From an uncultured Chloroflexia bacterium (GTDB taxonomy: Bacteria; Chloroflexota; Limnocylindria; Limnocylindrales; CSP1-4), in contig CAWEYL010000003.1 of the NCBI GenBank assembly GCA_963813335.1, positions 574,372 to 638,371 on the forward strand: 64,000 nt of DNA. Reading direction: 5' to 3'. Within the stretch, counting starts at the first letter, position 1. Each line of letters begins with the position of its first letter. The translations under genes and the position numbers were made by a program. This document shows positions 18,783 through 28,581 of this stretch, one piece after another. The notes below the pieces were generated by a model, which was not told the DNA's origin, searched no databases, and was given only the letters and a program-made list of their open reading frames with translations.

Positions 18783-21056
18783 GTGAGTCCCTTCGATCGC
18801 CTCGGCCGGTTCATCGCGCGTCGCGCCTGGTTGGTGGTGGGCATCTGGGCCGTCGTCCTGCTCGCCGCCATCCCGCTGGCGCCGCGGGTCCCGGGCGTCC
18901 TGTCGGCCGGCGGCTTCATCCTCGACGACCTCGAATCCGCCCGCGCCAAGGCCCTCCTCGGACGCGAGCTTGGCGTCCCGCCGGCGGCGCTCGTCATCGT
19001 CTTCAGCAGCCCGACGCTCGAGGCCGGAACGCCCGCCTTCGAAGGTGCGGCGGCCGCGGCCGTCGCCGACATCGCCAGTGCGCCGCACGTCGCCCGGGTC
19101 GTCCCGCACCTCCTGTCGCCCCGCCAGATCTCGGCCGACCGGCACACGGCCTACGACGTCGTCTTCCTCGACCTGCCGCCGGACGATTCGCCCCAGGCGC
19201 TGCCGATCCTGCGCGAGCGCCTCCACGAGGCGCCCGGCCTGACGGTCGAGCTGGCCGGCGGCCCGGCCTTCTACGGCGACGTCCAGACCGTGTCCGAGGC
19301 GGACCTCCGGCGGAGCGAGGTCTTCTCCCTGCCGCTGGCCGCGCTGGCGCTGCTGGTGGTCTTCGGATCCGTGGTCGCCGCGGGGATCCCGCTCATCGTG
19401 GGCGGCACGGCCGTCGTGGTCGCGCTGGCGGCCATCTTCCTGGTCGCCTCGGCCACCCCGATGAGCATCTTCGTGCTCAACCTCGCGACGCTCCTCGGCC
19501 TCGGGCTCGGAGTGGACTACTCGCTGCTGCTCACGAGCCGGTTCCGCGAGGAGCTGGCCCGCCGCCCACCCGGCCCCGAGCGCGTGCCCGATGCCGTCCG
19601 GGTGACGGTCGCCACGGCCGGCCGGGCGGTGTTCTTCAGCGGGTTGACCGTGCTGCTGGGCCTCCTCGGGCTGGTCCTGTTCGAGTTCATGATCCTGCGC
19701 TCCGTCGGCATCGCCGGCGCGATCGTGGTGGGGCTGGCGGTCCTGTCGGCGCTGACCCTGCTCCCGGCCATCCTCGCGATCGTGGGCGAGCGGATCGACC
19801 GCTTCGCCATCCGGGCGGTGCGGCCGGCGGACCGGGTCGACGGCCCGTGGGCGCAGCTCGCCCGGCGGGTGATGCGCCATCCGGTCGCGGTGCTCGTGCC
19901 GACCCTGCTCTTCCTGCTCGTGCTGGGCTCGCCGTTCCTGCATGTCCGCTTCAACGCGCCGAATTCCTCGATCCTGCCGGCCAGCGTCCCGTCGCGCGCG
20001 GCCTTCGACCGCCTCGCCGCGGAGTTCGGCGAAGGCGAGTTCGCGCCGATCGTGCTGGCGATCCGGACGACCGGCGCTGCCACCGACCCGGCCAATCTCG
20101 CGGCGCTCTACGACTACTCGCGCCGCCTCGCGGCGGACGCGCGGATCACGCGCGTGGACAGCCTCGTGGACGCGGACCCGCGCCTCACGCTCGACCAGTA
20201 CCGGCTCCTCTACGCGGACCCCAACGGTCCGCGTGACCGCTATCTCGCGACGGCCCTGGCGGCGACGACCAAGGGTGACCTGACGGCCTTCACGATCACG
20301 ACGCCGTACGGGCCGAACCGCGACGAGGGCCGCGACCTCGTGGCCGACCTCCGCTCGGGGACGGGGCCGCTCGCGGCGCCGGCCGGTACGACCGTCCTGG
20401 TCGGCGGCGGGGCGGCGGACGTGACCGACGTCGTCGGCCGGGTCGCCGCCGACTTCCCGCGCACCGCCTTGTTCATCATCGTGACCACATACCTCGTGCT
20501 GTTCGCCCTGCTCCGCTCGGTCGTGCTCCCGGCCAAGGCGCTGGTCATGAACACGCTCTCGATCGTCGCGAGCTTCGGCGCCCTGGTCTGGATCTTCCAG
20601 GACGGGAACCTGTCCGCCGGGCTGGGCTTCCAGCCGCTCGGGTTCGTGGAGACGACCCAGCCGGTCATCCTCTTCTGCGTCCTGTTCGGGCTGTCGATGG
20701 ACTACGAGGTCTTCCTGCTCTCGCGGATGAAGGAGGTCTGGGACCGCACCGGCGACAACACCGAGGCGGTCGCCCGCGGCCTCGAGCGGAGCGGGCGGAT
20801 CGTGACGTCGGCCGCGCTGATCGTGGTCCTGGTCGCGGGCTCGTTCGCCCTCGCCGACATCGTGCTCATCAAGGCGCTCGGGGTGGGGATGGCCATCGCG
20901 GTCGCCCTCGACGCCACGGTCGTCCGGGCGCTCCTGGTGCCGGCCACGATGCGCCTCCTCGGCCGCTGGAACTGGTGGATGCCGGCGACGCTCGAGCGCT
21001 ACGTGGCGAACCGGCTGCCGGCTCCGGAGTCGGACGTCGAGGCGGCGCTCCGATGA
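18783..21056 (+). CDS. MMPL family (RND-like) transporter
   Basis: GLGVDYSLL and FGLSMDYEVFLLSR motifs, ALDATVVRALLVPA. Confidence 0.93.
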   Translation: MSPFDRLGRFIARRAWLVVGIWAVVLLAAIPLAPRVPGVLSAGGFILDDLESARAKALLGRELGVPPAALVIVFSSPTLEAGTPAFEGAAAAAVADIASAPHVARVVPHLLSPRQISADRHTAYDVVFLDLPPDDSPQALPILRERLHEAPGLTVELAGGPAFYGDVQTVSEADLRRSEVFSLPLAALALLVVFGSVVAAGIPLIVGGTAVVVALAAIFLVASATPMSIFVLNLATLLGLGLGVDYSLLLTSRFREELARRPPGPERVPDAVRVTVATAGRAVFFSGLTVLLGLLGLVLFEFMILRSVGIAGAIVVGLAVLSALTLLPAILAIVGERIDRFAIRAVRPADRVDGPWAQLARRVMRHPVAVLVPTLLFLLVLGSPFLHVRFNAPNSSILPASVPSRAAFDRLAAEFGEGEFAPIVLAIRTTGAATDPANLAALYDYSRRLAADARITRVDSLVDADPRLTLDQYRLLYADPNGPRDRYLATALAATTKGDLTAFTITTPYGPNRDEGRDLVADLRSGTGPLAAPAGTTVLVGGGAADVTDVVGRVAADFPRTALFIIVTTYLVLFALLRSVVLPAKALVMNTLSIVASFGALVWIFQDGNLSAGLGFQPLGFVETTQPVILFCVLFGLSMDYEVFLLSRMKEVWDRTGDNTEAVARGLERSGRIVTSAALIVVLVAGSFALADIVLIKALGVGMAIAVALDATVVRALLVPATMRLLGRWNWWMPATLERYVANRLPAPESDVEAALR

Positions 21057-22280
21057 GCGGCCCGATCCGCTGCCGCCCCGGCGGCGCACGCCGCGCCGGC
21101 ATCGCACGCCGCGCTGTGGCGCTCGCGGTCGTCGCGGCCGCCCTCGCCGGCTGCACCGCCGGGGCGCCGATCCTGGCCAACCCGACCGCGCCGGGGCCGC
21201 GTGTCCCGTCGCCCGCCCCGACCCGCGCAGCCGTCGCCGACCCGCTCCCCGTGGTCCTGCCGCGGGACGACGGCCCGCACGACCGCCTGACCGAGTGGTG
21301 GTACGACACGGGCCACCTGCGCACGGCGGACGGGCGGCGGTTCGGGTTCGAGTACGTCATCTTCCGCGCCGAGCGCGGCGCCTTCCCCACCTCGTGGGCA
21401 TCGCACCTCGCGATCACCGACGAGACCGGCGACCGCTTCGTCTACGCCCAGCGGCTCGAGGTGGGGCCGCAGGTCGGACCGCTCACCGCGGGGCAGCGAC
21501 GGCCAGCCGACCGGCTTCGACCTCTCGCTGAGCGGCATCGACCCGTCGAACCCCGCGACCGCCGGCCGGCCGGCCTGGACGATGAGCGGGGCCGACGGGG
21601 CCGACCGCCTCGTCGCCTCCCTCGCGCCGGACGAAGCGGCCGCGGCCGGGTCACCGGGTGGGTTCGGCCTCGACCTGACGCTGGCCTCGACCAAGCCGCC
21701 CGCGCTGCACGACCACGACGGCTGGATCGACTTCGGGGCCGCCGGCAGCTCGTACTACTACTCGCGGACCGCCATGACGGCCACGGGCAGCGTGACCCTC
21801 GACGGGGAGCGCCTGGCGGTCGACGGCGAGGCCTGGTTCGACCACCAGTGGGGCGACTTCATCTCGATCGGGGGCGGCGGCTGGGACTGGTTCGCGGTCA
21901 ACCTCGACGACGGGACGGACCTGACCCTGTCGCTGGTCCGCGACGCCGCCGGCGGCTATCCGCTGGTCTATGGCACGCTCGTCGGCCGCGACGGCACGGC
22001 CCGCCACCTCGAGCGCGACGCGTTCACGGTCGACGTCACCGACCGCTGGCAGAGCCCGGCGACCGGCGCCGACTACCCCGCCGGCTGGCGGGTCTCGATC
22101 CCCGGCGAGGGGCTGTCCATCGAGCTGACGCCGACGGTCGCCGCGCAGGAGCTGGACACGCGGGCGACGACCGGGGTCATCTATTGGGAGGGGTCGCAGG
22201 TCGTCCGGGCGACGCGCGATGGGGCGCCGCTCGGCGGCGAGGCGTATGTGGAGCTGACGGGCTACGCCGGGTCGCGCTGA
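21053..22280 (+). CDS. AttH/CrtC-like double-lipocalin lipoprotein (apparent frameshift ~21480)
   Basis: LAGC lipobox, EWWYDTGHL, SYYYS, WFDHQWG, GWDWF, YWEG, YVELTGY. Confidence 0.85.
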
Positions 22281-22295
22281 CCGCGCTGACCGCGC

Positions 22296-23093
22296 TCAGG
22301 AACCCCCGAAGGTCCCCAGGTCGACCGGCGGCAACTCCACCTCGGCGACCGAAGCGAGCGTCCGCGAGGCCGCATCGAGCGGGCCGAGCTGCTGCAGGAC
22401 CTTGAGCATCGACTTCGCGTTCGCGCGGTAGGCCTTCGTGTCGGAGATCGAATCGCCGAGGCTCGAGTGCGCCGATGTCGAGATCGCGCCGTAGAACGCG
22501 GCGCGGTCGCCGGAGAGGGTCTGCGCCTCAGGCCACGCCGCGAGGCGCGGCGCGATGTCGGCCCCGATGGCGGCGTCGGCCGAGAGGGTCCGCAGGACCT
22601 TGGCGATGTCGTTGGCGGACCCACCGCTCGCGAGCCGCGCCAGCGACGAGGCGTCGTCGGCGATCCGGGCGTCGAGGAGCGCGGTCTGTCGGAGCGCGGT
22701 GAGGGCGGCCGGCGACACCGGGATGGCGGACGGCACTGGGATCGTGCTGGGGCCGGCCGCCGCGGTCGCCACGGGGACGGTCCCGCCGTCGGCGGGGTCG
22801 AAGACGGCGGTCGCGGCCGGATCGACGAGGGACTTGATCGCGACGGAGGTGATCATCCCGCCGACGAAGAGCCCGACGATGGCGCCGAATCCGATGAGGG
22901 TCATCGCGCGCCGGACGGCGACGCCCATGATCAGCCTGGTGCCGCAGCCGGGGCACTTGGGCGTGCCGTCGTTGAGGGGCCGCGAGCACGTCGGGCAGTT
23001 GAAGACGTGCGCATCGGCCTCGCCGATCGCGATCTTGGGCGGTCCGTCCGGTCGCTGGCCGGACAGGCGGCCACGCAGGATGTTGAAGGTCAT
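22296..23093 (-). CDS. Zinc-ribbon membrane-anchored hypothetical protein
   Basis: CPTC..CPGC, one TM segment, helical C-terminal domain. Confidence 0.65.
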   Translation of the reverse strand: MTFNILRGRLSGQRPDGPPKIAIGEADAHVFNCPTCSRPLNDGTPKCPGCGTRLIMGVAVRRAMTLIGFGAIVGLFVGGMITSVAIKSLVDPAATAVFDPADGGTVPVATAAAGPSTIPVPSAIPVSPAALTALRQTALLDARIADDASSLARLASGGSANDIAKVLRTLSADAAIGADIAPRLAAWPEAQTLSGDRAAFYGAISTSAHSSLGDSISDTKAYRANAKSMLKVLQQLGPLDAASRTLASVAEVELPPVDLGTFGGS

Positions 23094-23207
23094 CACGCTG
23101 AGTGTCGTCGCCCGGAGCCCCGATTCATCCGACCCGATGGTCCCGACACGAGGCGGGACGTTCGGTGGCGGGCGGTGTGGTCGTGTGGCATCGATCGACA
23201 CGCTAGC

Positions 23208-23222
23208 TGAGACTGAGTATCG
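23208..23222 (+). promoter_or_regulatory. Fur/Zur-type box candidate
   Basis: TGAGACTGAGTATCG resembles the 7-1-7 TGAnAATnATTnTCA pattern, just upstream of fur. Confidence 0.4.
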
Positions 23223-23256
23223 ACAACGGTGCTCCTCCCTGCTACCGTTCGCCGCC

Positions 23257-23691
23257 ATGGACGCCGTCGACCCCCTCACCGCCGCGCTGCATCGGGCGGG
23301 CCATCGCCTGACCGAGCCCCGCGTCGCGGTGATCCGCCTGATCAATGCGCAGACGGGCCATTTCTCCGCCGCCGACCTCGTCCACGACGCGCGGGTCCGC
23401 CACCTCGGGATCGGCCGCGCCACGATCTTCCGGACGCTCGACGTCCTGTCCGAGCTGGGCGCCGTGGAGCGGATCGACCTGCCGAGCGGCGAGCACGCCT
23501 ACGTGGGCTGCGCGCCGACCCATCACCACCACGTCGTCTGCTCGCGCTGCGGCCGTACGGCCGAGATCGAGGACGCCGGGCTGCGGGCCGTGGTCCGCGA
23601 GGTCACCCGGCGGACCGGGTTCCGGGTCGACGAGCACCGCCTCGAGCTGTTCGGGCTGTGCTCGGCCTGCCAGGCGGCGGCCGCCCGATGA
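23257..23691 (+). CDS. fur: Fur family metal-responsive regulator
   Basis: RLTEPR, ATIFRTL, HHHHVVCSRC, FGLCSAC. Confidence 0.9.
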   Translation: MDAVDPLTAALHRAGHRLTEPRVAVIRLINAQTGHFSAADLVHDARVRHLGIGRATIFRTLDVLSELGAVERIDLPSGEHAYVGCAPTHHHHVVCSRCGRTAEIEDAGLRAVVREVTRRTGFRVDEHRLELFGLCSACQAAAAR

Positions 23692-24443
23692 CGCTCGCGG
23701 CCCTCGTCGTCTCGTTCGGCGCCTTCGTCTCAGCCTTCGCCGGCGGCTGGCTCGCGATCCGGGCGGTCCGCTACGTCGGGATCGTCATCGCGGTCGGGGC
23801 CGGCATCCGGATCGGCGCGGCCTTCTTCGACCTGATCCCGGAGGCCATCCGCTACCTCGGCTCCGTCGATGCGGCGATGCTCTGGACGGCGATCGGCTTC
23901 CTGGCGTTCTACGCGATCGAGAAGCTCACCACGCTCCACGTCGGCCATGAGACGGCCGCCGAGCTCGACCATGACGCGGCCATGCACACGCACGTCGGCA
24001 AGGCCGGCGCGGTCGGGATGGGGATCCACAGCTTCCTCGACGGCGTCGCCCTGGCGGCCGGTCTGGCGGTCGGCGGCGGGACCGCGATCGTGATCGCGGT
24101 CGTCGTCATCGTCCATCGATTCAGCGACGGGATCGGCGTGGTGAGCTTCCTGCTGGCGAGCCGGATGCCGTCGTCGACGGCCTATCGCTGGCTGACGATC
24201 GTCGCGATCGCCCCGCTGGCCGGCGTCCTCGTCGGGGTGGTCGTCAGCATCGAGCAGACGGCGCTCGGGGCCGTCCTCGCGTTCTTCGCCGGCTTCTTCC
24301 TGTACGTCGGCGCGGCGGAGCTGCTGCCGGAGGCGCACCGGCGCGCCCGGTCGCGCTGGATCGTGCTGGCCACCGTCGGCGGCGCGGCGGCCATCTACCT
24401 GTTCTCCGTGGCGGTCGGGGCCATCGGCGTCGACGCCCCCTAG
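23688..24443 (+). CDS. ZIP family metal transporter
   Basis: HSFLDG and HRFSDG metal motifs, ELLPEAH; ATGA-coupled to fur. Confidence 0.9.
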   Translation: MTLAALVVSFGAFVSAFAGGWLAIRAVRYVGIVIAVGAGIRIGAAFFDLIPEAIRYLGSVDAAMLWTAIGFLAFYAIEKLTTLHVGHETAAELDHDAAMHTHVGKAGAVGMGIHSFLDGVALAAGLAVGGGTAIVIAVVVIVHRFSDGIGVVSFLLASRMPSSTAYRWLTIVAIAPLAGVLVGVVVSIEQTALGAVLAFFAGFFLYVGAAELLPEAHRRARSRWIVLATVGGAAAIYLFSVAVGAIGVDAP

Positions 24444-24551
24444 GTACGAGGGTCCCACGACCCGCGGGTGACCATCGGCGGCATCGCCGGACGAAACCTT
24501 TGCGGCCGGCGTTGCCTCGGGTGAGTAGACACCATCCGCCCGGAGCATCCG

Positions 24552-25253
24552 ATGGCCACTGCGAACCCAGCACGGAGCGGCCCGCCGTTCCGCCTCACCT
24601 TGCGCGGGACGGCGATCCTCGTCGGCCTGCTCGGCGTCCTGCTCGTCTATGCGACCGACCAGATCCTGCCCGCCTCGACCGATCGGCAGGCCGAGCTGCG
24701 GTTCTGGCTCGCGGCGCGGGCGACCGGCATCGTCGCGTTCCTGCTGCTGACCATGCAGATCGTCCTGGGCCTGGTCCTCAGCCACCCGACGAACCGCTCC
24801 ACCTGGAACCTCTCGAAGCGGATCTTCCCGTGGCACGACCACCTCTGGGTGTTCGTGCTCGCGTTCCTCATCGCGCACATCGTCAGCCTCGTCGTGGACC
24901 CGAAGGCCGGCGTCAGCCTCGCCGGCGCGTTCATCCCGGGCCTCTCCGAGTACCGCAGCTCGCCCGTCGCCATCGGCACGCTTGCCCTGTACGCGTTCCT
25001 GATCACCGCGATCACCGCACGCTGGACCAAGCTCCTGCCGCGCGGCGTCTGGCTGTCGATCCACCGCCTGGCGCTCGTGATCTGGGTGATGGCCTGGATG
25101 CACGGGGTGCTCGCAGGCACGGACACCGGCTCCCTGGCCGGCCCCTACGTCGCGGCGGGCCTGCTCGTCGTGTGGGCCGGGGCCTACCGCTACTGGGCGA
25201 GCCGCAAGCAGCGGCCGACGTTCTCGACGTCGCGCCAGGAGGTCAACGAATGA
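24552..25253 (+). CDS. Ferric reductase-like / MsrQ-like di-heme membrane protein
   Basis: ARATG after TM1; four His in helices (WHDHL, AHIV, IHRL, MHG). Confidence 0.8.
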   Translation: MATANPARSGPPFRLTLRGTAILVGLLGVLLVYATDQILPASTDRQAELRFWLAARATGIVAFLLLTMQIVLGLVLSHPTNRSTWNLSKRIFPWHDHLWVFVLAFLIAHIVSLVVDPKAGVSLAGAFIPGLSEYRSSPVAIGTLALYAFLITAITARWTKLLPRGVWLSIHRLALVIWVMAWMHGVLAGTDTGSLAGPYVAAGLLVVWAGAYRYWASRKQRPTFSTSRQEVNE

Positions 25254-25720
25254 ACATCTCGTCGCTCCGGTTACGTCGCCTGCTCACGGCCGTCGGGGTC
25301 GTCGCGGCGCTGGTCCTCGGGTTCGGCTCGATCAGGGTCGCCGCCGCCTGGACCGCCGCGTCAGCGCCCATCGGCGTCGCGCCCATCCCGGTCAGCTCGA
25401 TCCAGGACCGGCTCGACCAGGAGCTGGCCCGCTCGGAGACGATGCGGGCGCAGCTCGATTCGCTCGCGGCGCAGTCCACCGAGATGACGACGGCGCTCGA
25501 GGCGGCCCAGGCCCGGATCGCGGCCGACACCGGGCACGCCAAGGCCCTCGCCGACGAGCTCAAGACCGCCAAGCAGAAGCTCGCCAAGCTCGCGGCATCG
25601 ATCGCGAAGGCCAAGGCAGCGGCAGCCCGGGCGACCGTGACGACGAAGGCGGCGGCGCCCGCCGCGACGCCGACCCCGACACACCATGGCGACGACGACG
25701 AGGGTGAGACCGGTGGCTGA
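25250..25720 (+). CDS. Membrane-anchored or exported coiled-coil protein with His/acidic tail
   Basis: LRRLL plus hydrophobic segment, long heptad-like helix, tail HHGDDDEGE; ATGA-coupled. Confidence 0.75.
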   Translation: MNISSLRLRRLLTAVGVVAALVLGFGSIRVAAAWTAASAPIGVAPIPVSSIQDRLDQELARSETMRAQLDSLAAQSTEMTTALEAAQARIAADTGHAKALADELKTAKQKLAKLAASIAKAKAAAARATVTTKAAAPAATPTPTHHGDDDEGETGG

Positions 25721-26126
25721 GCGCCGGCCGGTCCACCTTGCGGTCCTCATCGGCGCGTCCGCGGGCGCCTACGCCATCTCCCTCGCCGGCGTGACCGCGC
25801 TCCAGTCGGCCACGGACGCCCGCGTGGCGGCCGAGCGCGGACCAGCCAGCCACGCCGTCGATGTCGTGGCGGCCGGGCACGACGACCTGCAGGCCTCGGT
25901 GGACGGGGCGAGCGGGGCGTTCACCGTGGCAGCCGACCGGTACGCCGCCCTGACGAGCCACCTGGCCGACATGGAGGCCTCGCTCGACCACCTCGGGCAG
26001 CGGGTCGCCAAGGTCTCTGGGGCGGCCGGCGCGCTGCCGACGCGGGTCAGCCTGCCGAGCATCCATGCCTCGGCACCGGTCACCAGGACGAAGGTCGTCC
26101 ATGCGACCACGGGGGCCTCGGGCTGA
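25713..26126 (+). CDS. Membrane-anchored helical protein ending in TTGASG (candidate flavinylation substrate)
   Basis: GTG start overlapping the previous gene, ERRP plus hydrophobic segment, terminal [S/T]GA[S/T]. Confidence 0.7.
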   Translation: MAERRPVHLAVLIGASAGAYAISLAGVTALQSATDARVAAERGPASHAVDVVAAGHDDLQASVDGASGAFTVAADRYAALTSHLADMEASLDHLGQRVAKVSGAAGALPTRVSLPSIHASAPVTRTKVVHATTGASG

Positions 26127-27148
26127 GCACGGGAGCAGCCGCCGCATCGCCAGCTGCCGTCCGCGAGGCGCCTGAGAGCGTCCACCGCTTCGAGGGGAAG
26201 GCCATGGCGTCGCCCCTGCGCCTGAGTGTGTGTGGGCACGGTGACGCCGATCGGGCGCGCGACTGGGAGGTCGACGCCGCCTGGGCCGCGGTCAGGACGG
26301 AGTTCGAGACCGCCGAGGCCGAGCTGTCGCGCTTCCGGTCGACGAGCGACCTCACCCGCCTGAACCTCGCCGCCGGATCTGGACGGCCGGTCGACGTCCC
26401 GCGGCGGCTCGAGCGCGCCATCGTCGCGGCGGACCGGGCTCACCGCGTCACGGGCGGCCGCTTCGATCCGCGCGTGCTCCGCGACCTCGACCGCCTCGGC
26501 TACGCGGGCGCCCCGCTCGGGACGCACTCGGCCACGCCGGACGCGGACCGGGCCGCCGGCACCCGCGTCGTGGATCAGGCGCGGCGCGGCCGCGTGGTCA
26601 CGTCCGCGCCGATCGATCTCGGCGGGATCGGCAAGGGCCTCACGCTCCGCTGGGCCGCGGCGCTCCTCGACCGACGAGGCATCGGGCGATACCTGCTGGA
26701 AGCCGGCGGCGACCTGGTCGCCCGCGGACCCGGACCCGACGGCGGCCCGTGGCTCGTCGGCATCGAGGATCCAGCCGGCGGTCCGGACCCGCTGGGCGCC
26801 ATCGTCGTGGAGGACGGGGCGGTGGCGACATCGTCGGTCCGGATCCGGTCATGGGTCCATGACGGCCGGACCGTCCATCACCTGCTCGACCCGCGGACCG
26901 GCGAGCCCGTGGAGGCCGGGCTGCGATCGGTGACCGTGGCCGGTCCGGACCCGGCCTGGGCCGAGGTGTGGTCGAAGACCCTGTTCGTGGGCGGTCGACG
27001 GGCGATCGCCGCCGAGGCCCGTTCGCGTGGCCTCGCCGCCTGGTGGGTGACCGACGAGGGCGCGCTCGAGATGACGGCGGCCGCGCGCGCCCGAACGGCC
27101 TGGATCGAGGGCGAGGACGAGTCGAGGCGGCCGACTGTCAGCCGATGA
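26123..27148 (+). CDS. apbE: FAD:protein FMN transferase (start uncertain: CTG 26123 or ATG 26204)
   Basis: RFEGKAMAS, LSRFRSTSDLTRLN, IDLGGIGKG, EAGGD, AVATS, HHLLDPRTG. Confidence 0.9.
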   Translation: MSTGAAAASPAAVREAPESVHRFEGKAMASPLRLSVCGHGDADRARDWEVDAAWAAVRTEFETAEAELSRFRSTSDLTRLNLAAGSGRPVDVPRRLERAIVAADRAHRVTGGRFDPRVLRDLDRLGYAGAPLGTHSATPDADRAAGTRVVDQARRGRVVTSAPIDLGGIGKGLTLRWAAALLDRRGIGRYLLEAGGDLVARGPGPDGGPWLVGIEDPAGGPDPLGAIVVEDGAVATSSVRIRSWVHDGRTVHHLLDPRTGEPVEAGLRSVTVAGPDPAWAEVWSKTLFVGGRRAIAAEARSRGLAAWWVTDEGALEMTAAARARTAWIEGEDESRRPTVSR

Positions 27149-27652
27149 CCGAGGTGGGCGAGACCGGGCGCACCGCGAGCTTGGTCGACTGGTGGGGTCC
27201 GGTCACGATGACTTCCTCGGCCAGCTCTTCGCCATCGCCGTATCGAACGACGAAGCGATGGTGAACCTCGGTCATCCCACTCGATAGCGTCGAACCGACC
27301 GAGCAGTACTTCGTCGCCGACAGTTCGATGGCCCGGCGGACCGCGTCGCTGTCGACCGACGCACCGTCAACGACGTGGAGCACATCGATCCGGGTGAAGG
27401 CGTTCGGGTGGTCGTCCTGTTGCGTGCCGCTGGCCAGCACCCGATAGCCGGTCACGGCCTGGCGCTTCTTGCGCAGGATGGAGATGACATCCATCGCGGT
27501 GCAGCCCGCGATCGCCATCGGGATCAGCTCGGCCGGGCGCATGCCCGTGTCGCCCCGACCGTCGTCGAGCACGAGAGCATGCCGGCTCCCGGATTCGGCG
27601 ACGAATGGAGACCCTCGCCGTCGAGGGTGATGGTTGCGGTCTTGGTCGTCAC
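27138..27652 (-). CDS. OsmC/YhfA family protein (apparent frameshift ~27605)
   Basis: PAELIPMAIAGCTAMDV and AIELSATKYCSV. Confidence 0.85.
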
Positions 27653-28581
27653 GGTCGTCTCCAGCGCTGCAAGGTCGGCGGGCCAGAGTCATGGACACTG
27701 ACGCGGACCCGACCACCGGCTGGGCGTGCCTCGATCGCGACTGCTCCTCCCCGGGGACTGTGGCGGATCGCGTTGTCGACGAGTGCGCCGAGGACCTGTC
27801 GCAGGCGGTCGACATCACCGATGACGACGAGATCCGGCGATGCATCAGCGTCGAGCGTGATCCCGGATGCCTGGGCGCGTGCGGAGAACGACTGGGCGAT
27901 CGTGTCGATCAGCCCGCGTACCGCGACGGGCCCTTTGCGGAGCGGCAGGTCGCCAGACTCGGCGAGGCCGATCGTTCGAAGGTCGTCGACGATCCGTGCG
28001 AGCAGGCGTGACTGGTCGCGAATGGTCTCGAGGTGTCGATCCTCATGCTCGTAGACGCCATCGATGACCGCAGTGGTCGTCGCGTCGATGACGGTGAGCG
28101 GTGTCTTCAGTTCGTGGACGACGTCCTGGAGGAACCGCTGGCGCGCGGCCTGGGCCTGCTGGAGTTCGCCGGCCATCGCGTCGAACGATCGACCGAGCGA
28201 CCCGATCTCGTCGCCTCGGCTGCCGAGCCCCGAACGGCGGCCGAGGTCGCCGTGGGCGACGGCTTCGGCGGCTCCGCCGAGGGTGCCCAGTGGCCCCGCG
28301 ATCCGTTGTGCGAGCAGCACGCCGATCAGTGATGCGCCTGCCGCGGCTGCGATCGCGACCGTGATCAAGGTGACGGTGGTCTCTTGCTGGATCTGCTGCG
28401 CGTGCATCCCTGCCATCGCGCCGGGACCTCGCCCGGGTCCCGGGCCAGGCGCTCCAGAAGCGTCCGACTCGATCTGGGCGAACCCTCGACCGACGATCGT
28501 CGGGGTCGCGAGCGCCACCGCGGCCGCGGTGATCAGCGCGACGAAGGCGAACGTCAGCGCGAGACGCAGTCGCAGGCTCAC
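27649..28581 (-). pseudogene. HAMP sensor histidine kinase, C-terminally truncated
   Basis: HELKTPL H box, LVDNAIRHS N box; stops just after HDSGP with no F or G2 box. Confidence 0.75.
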
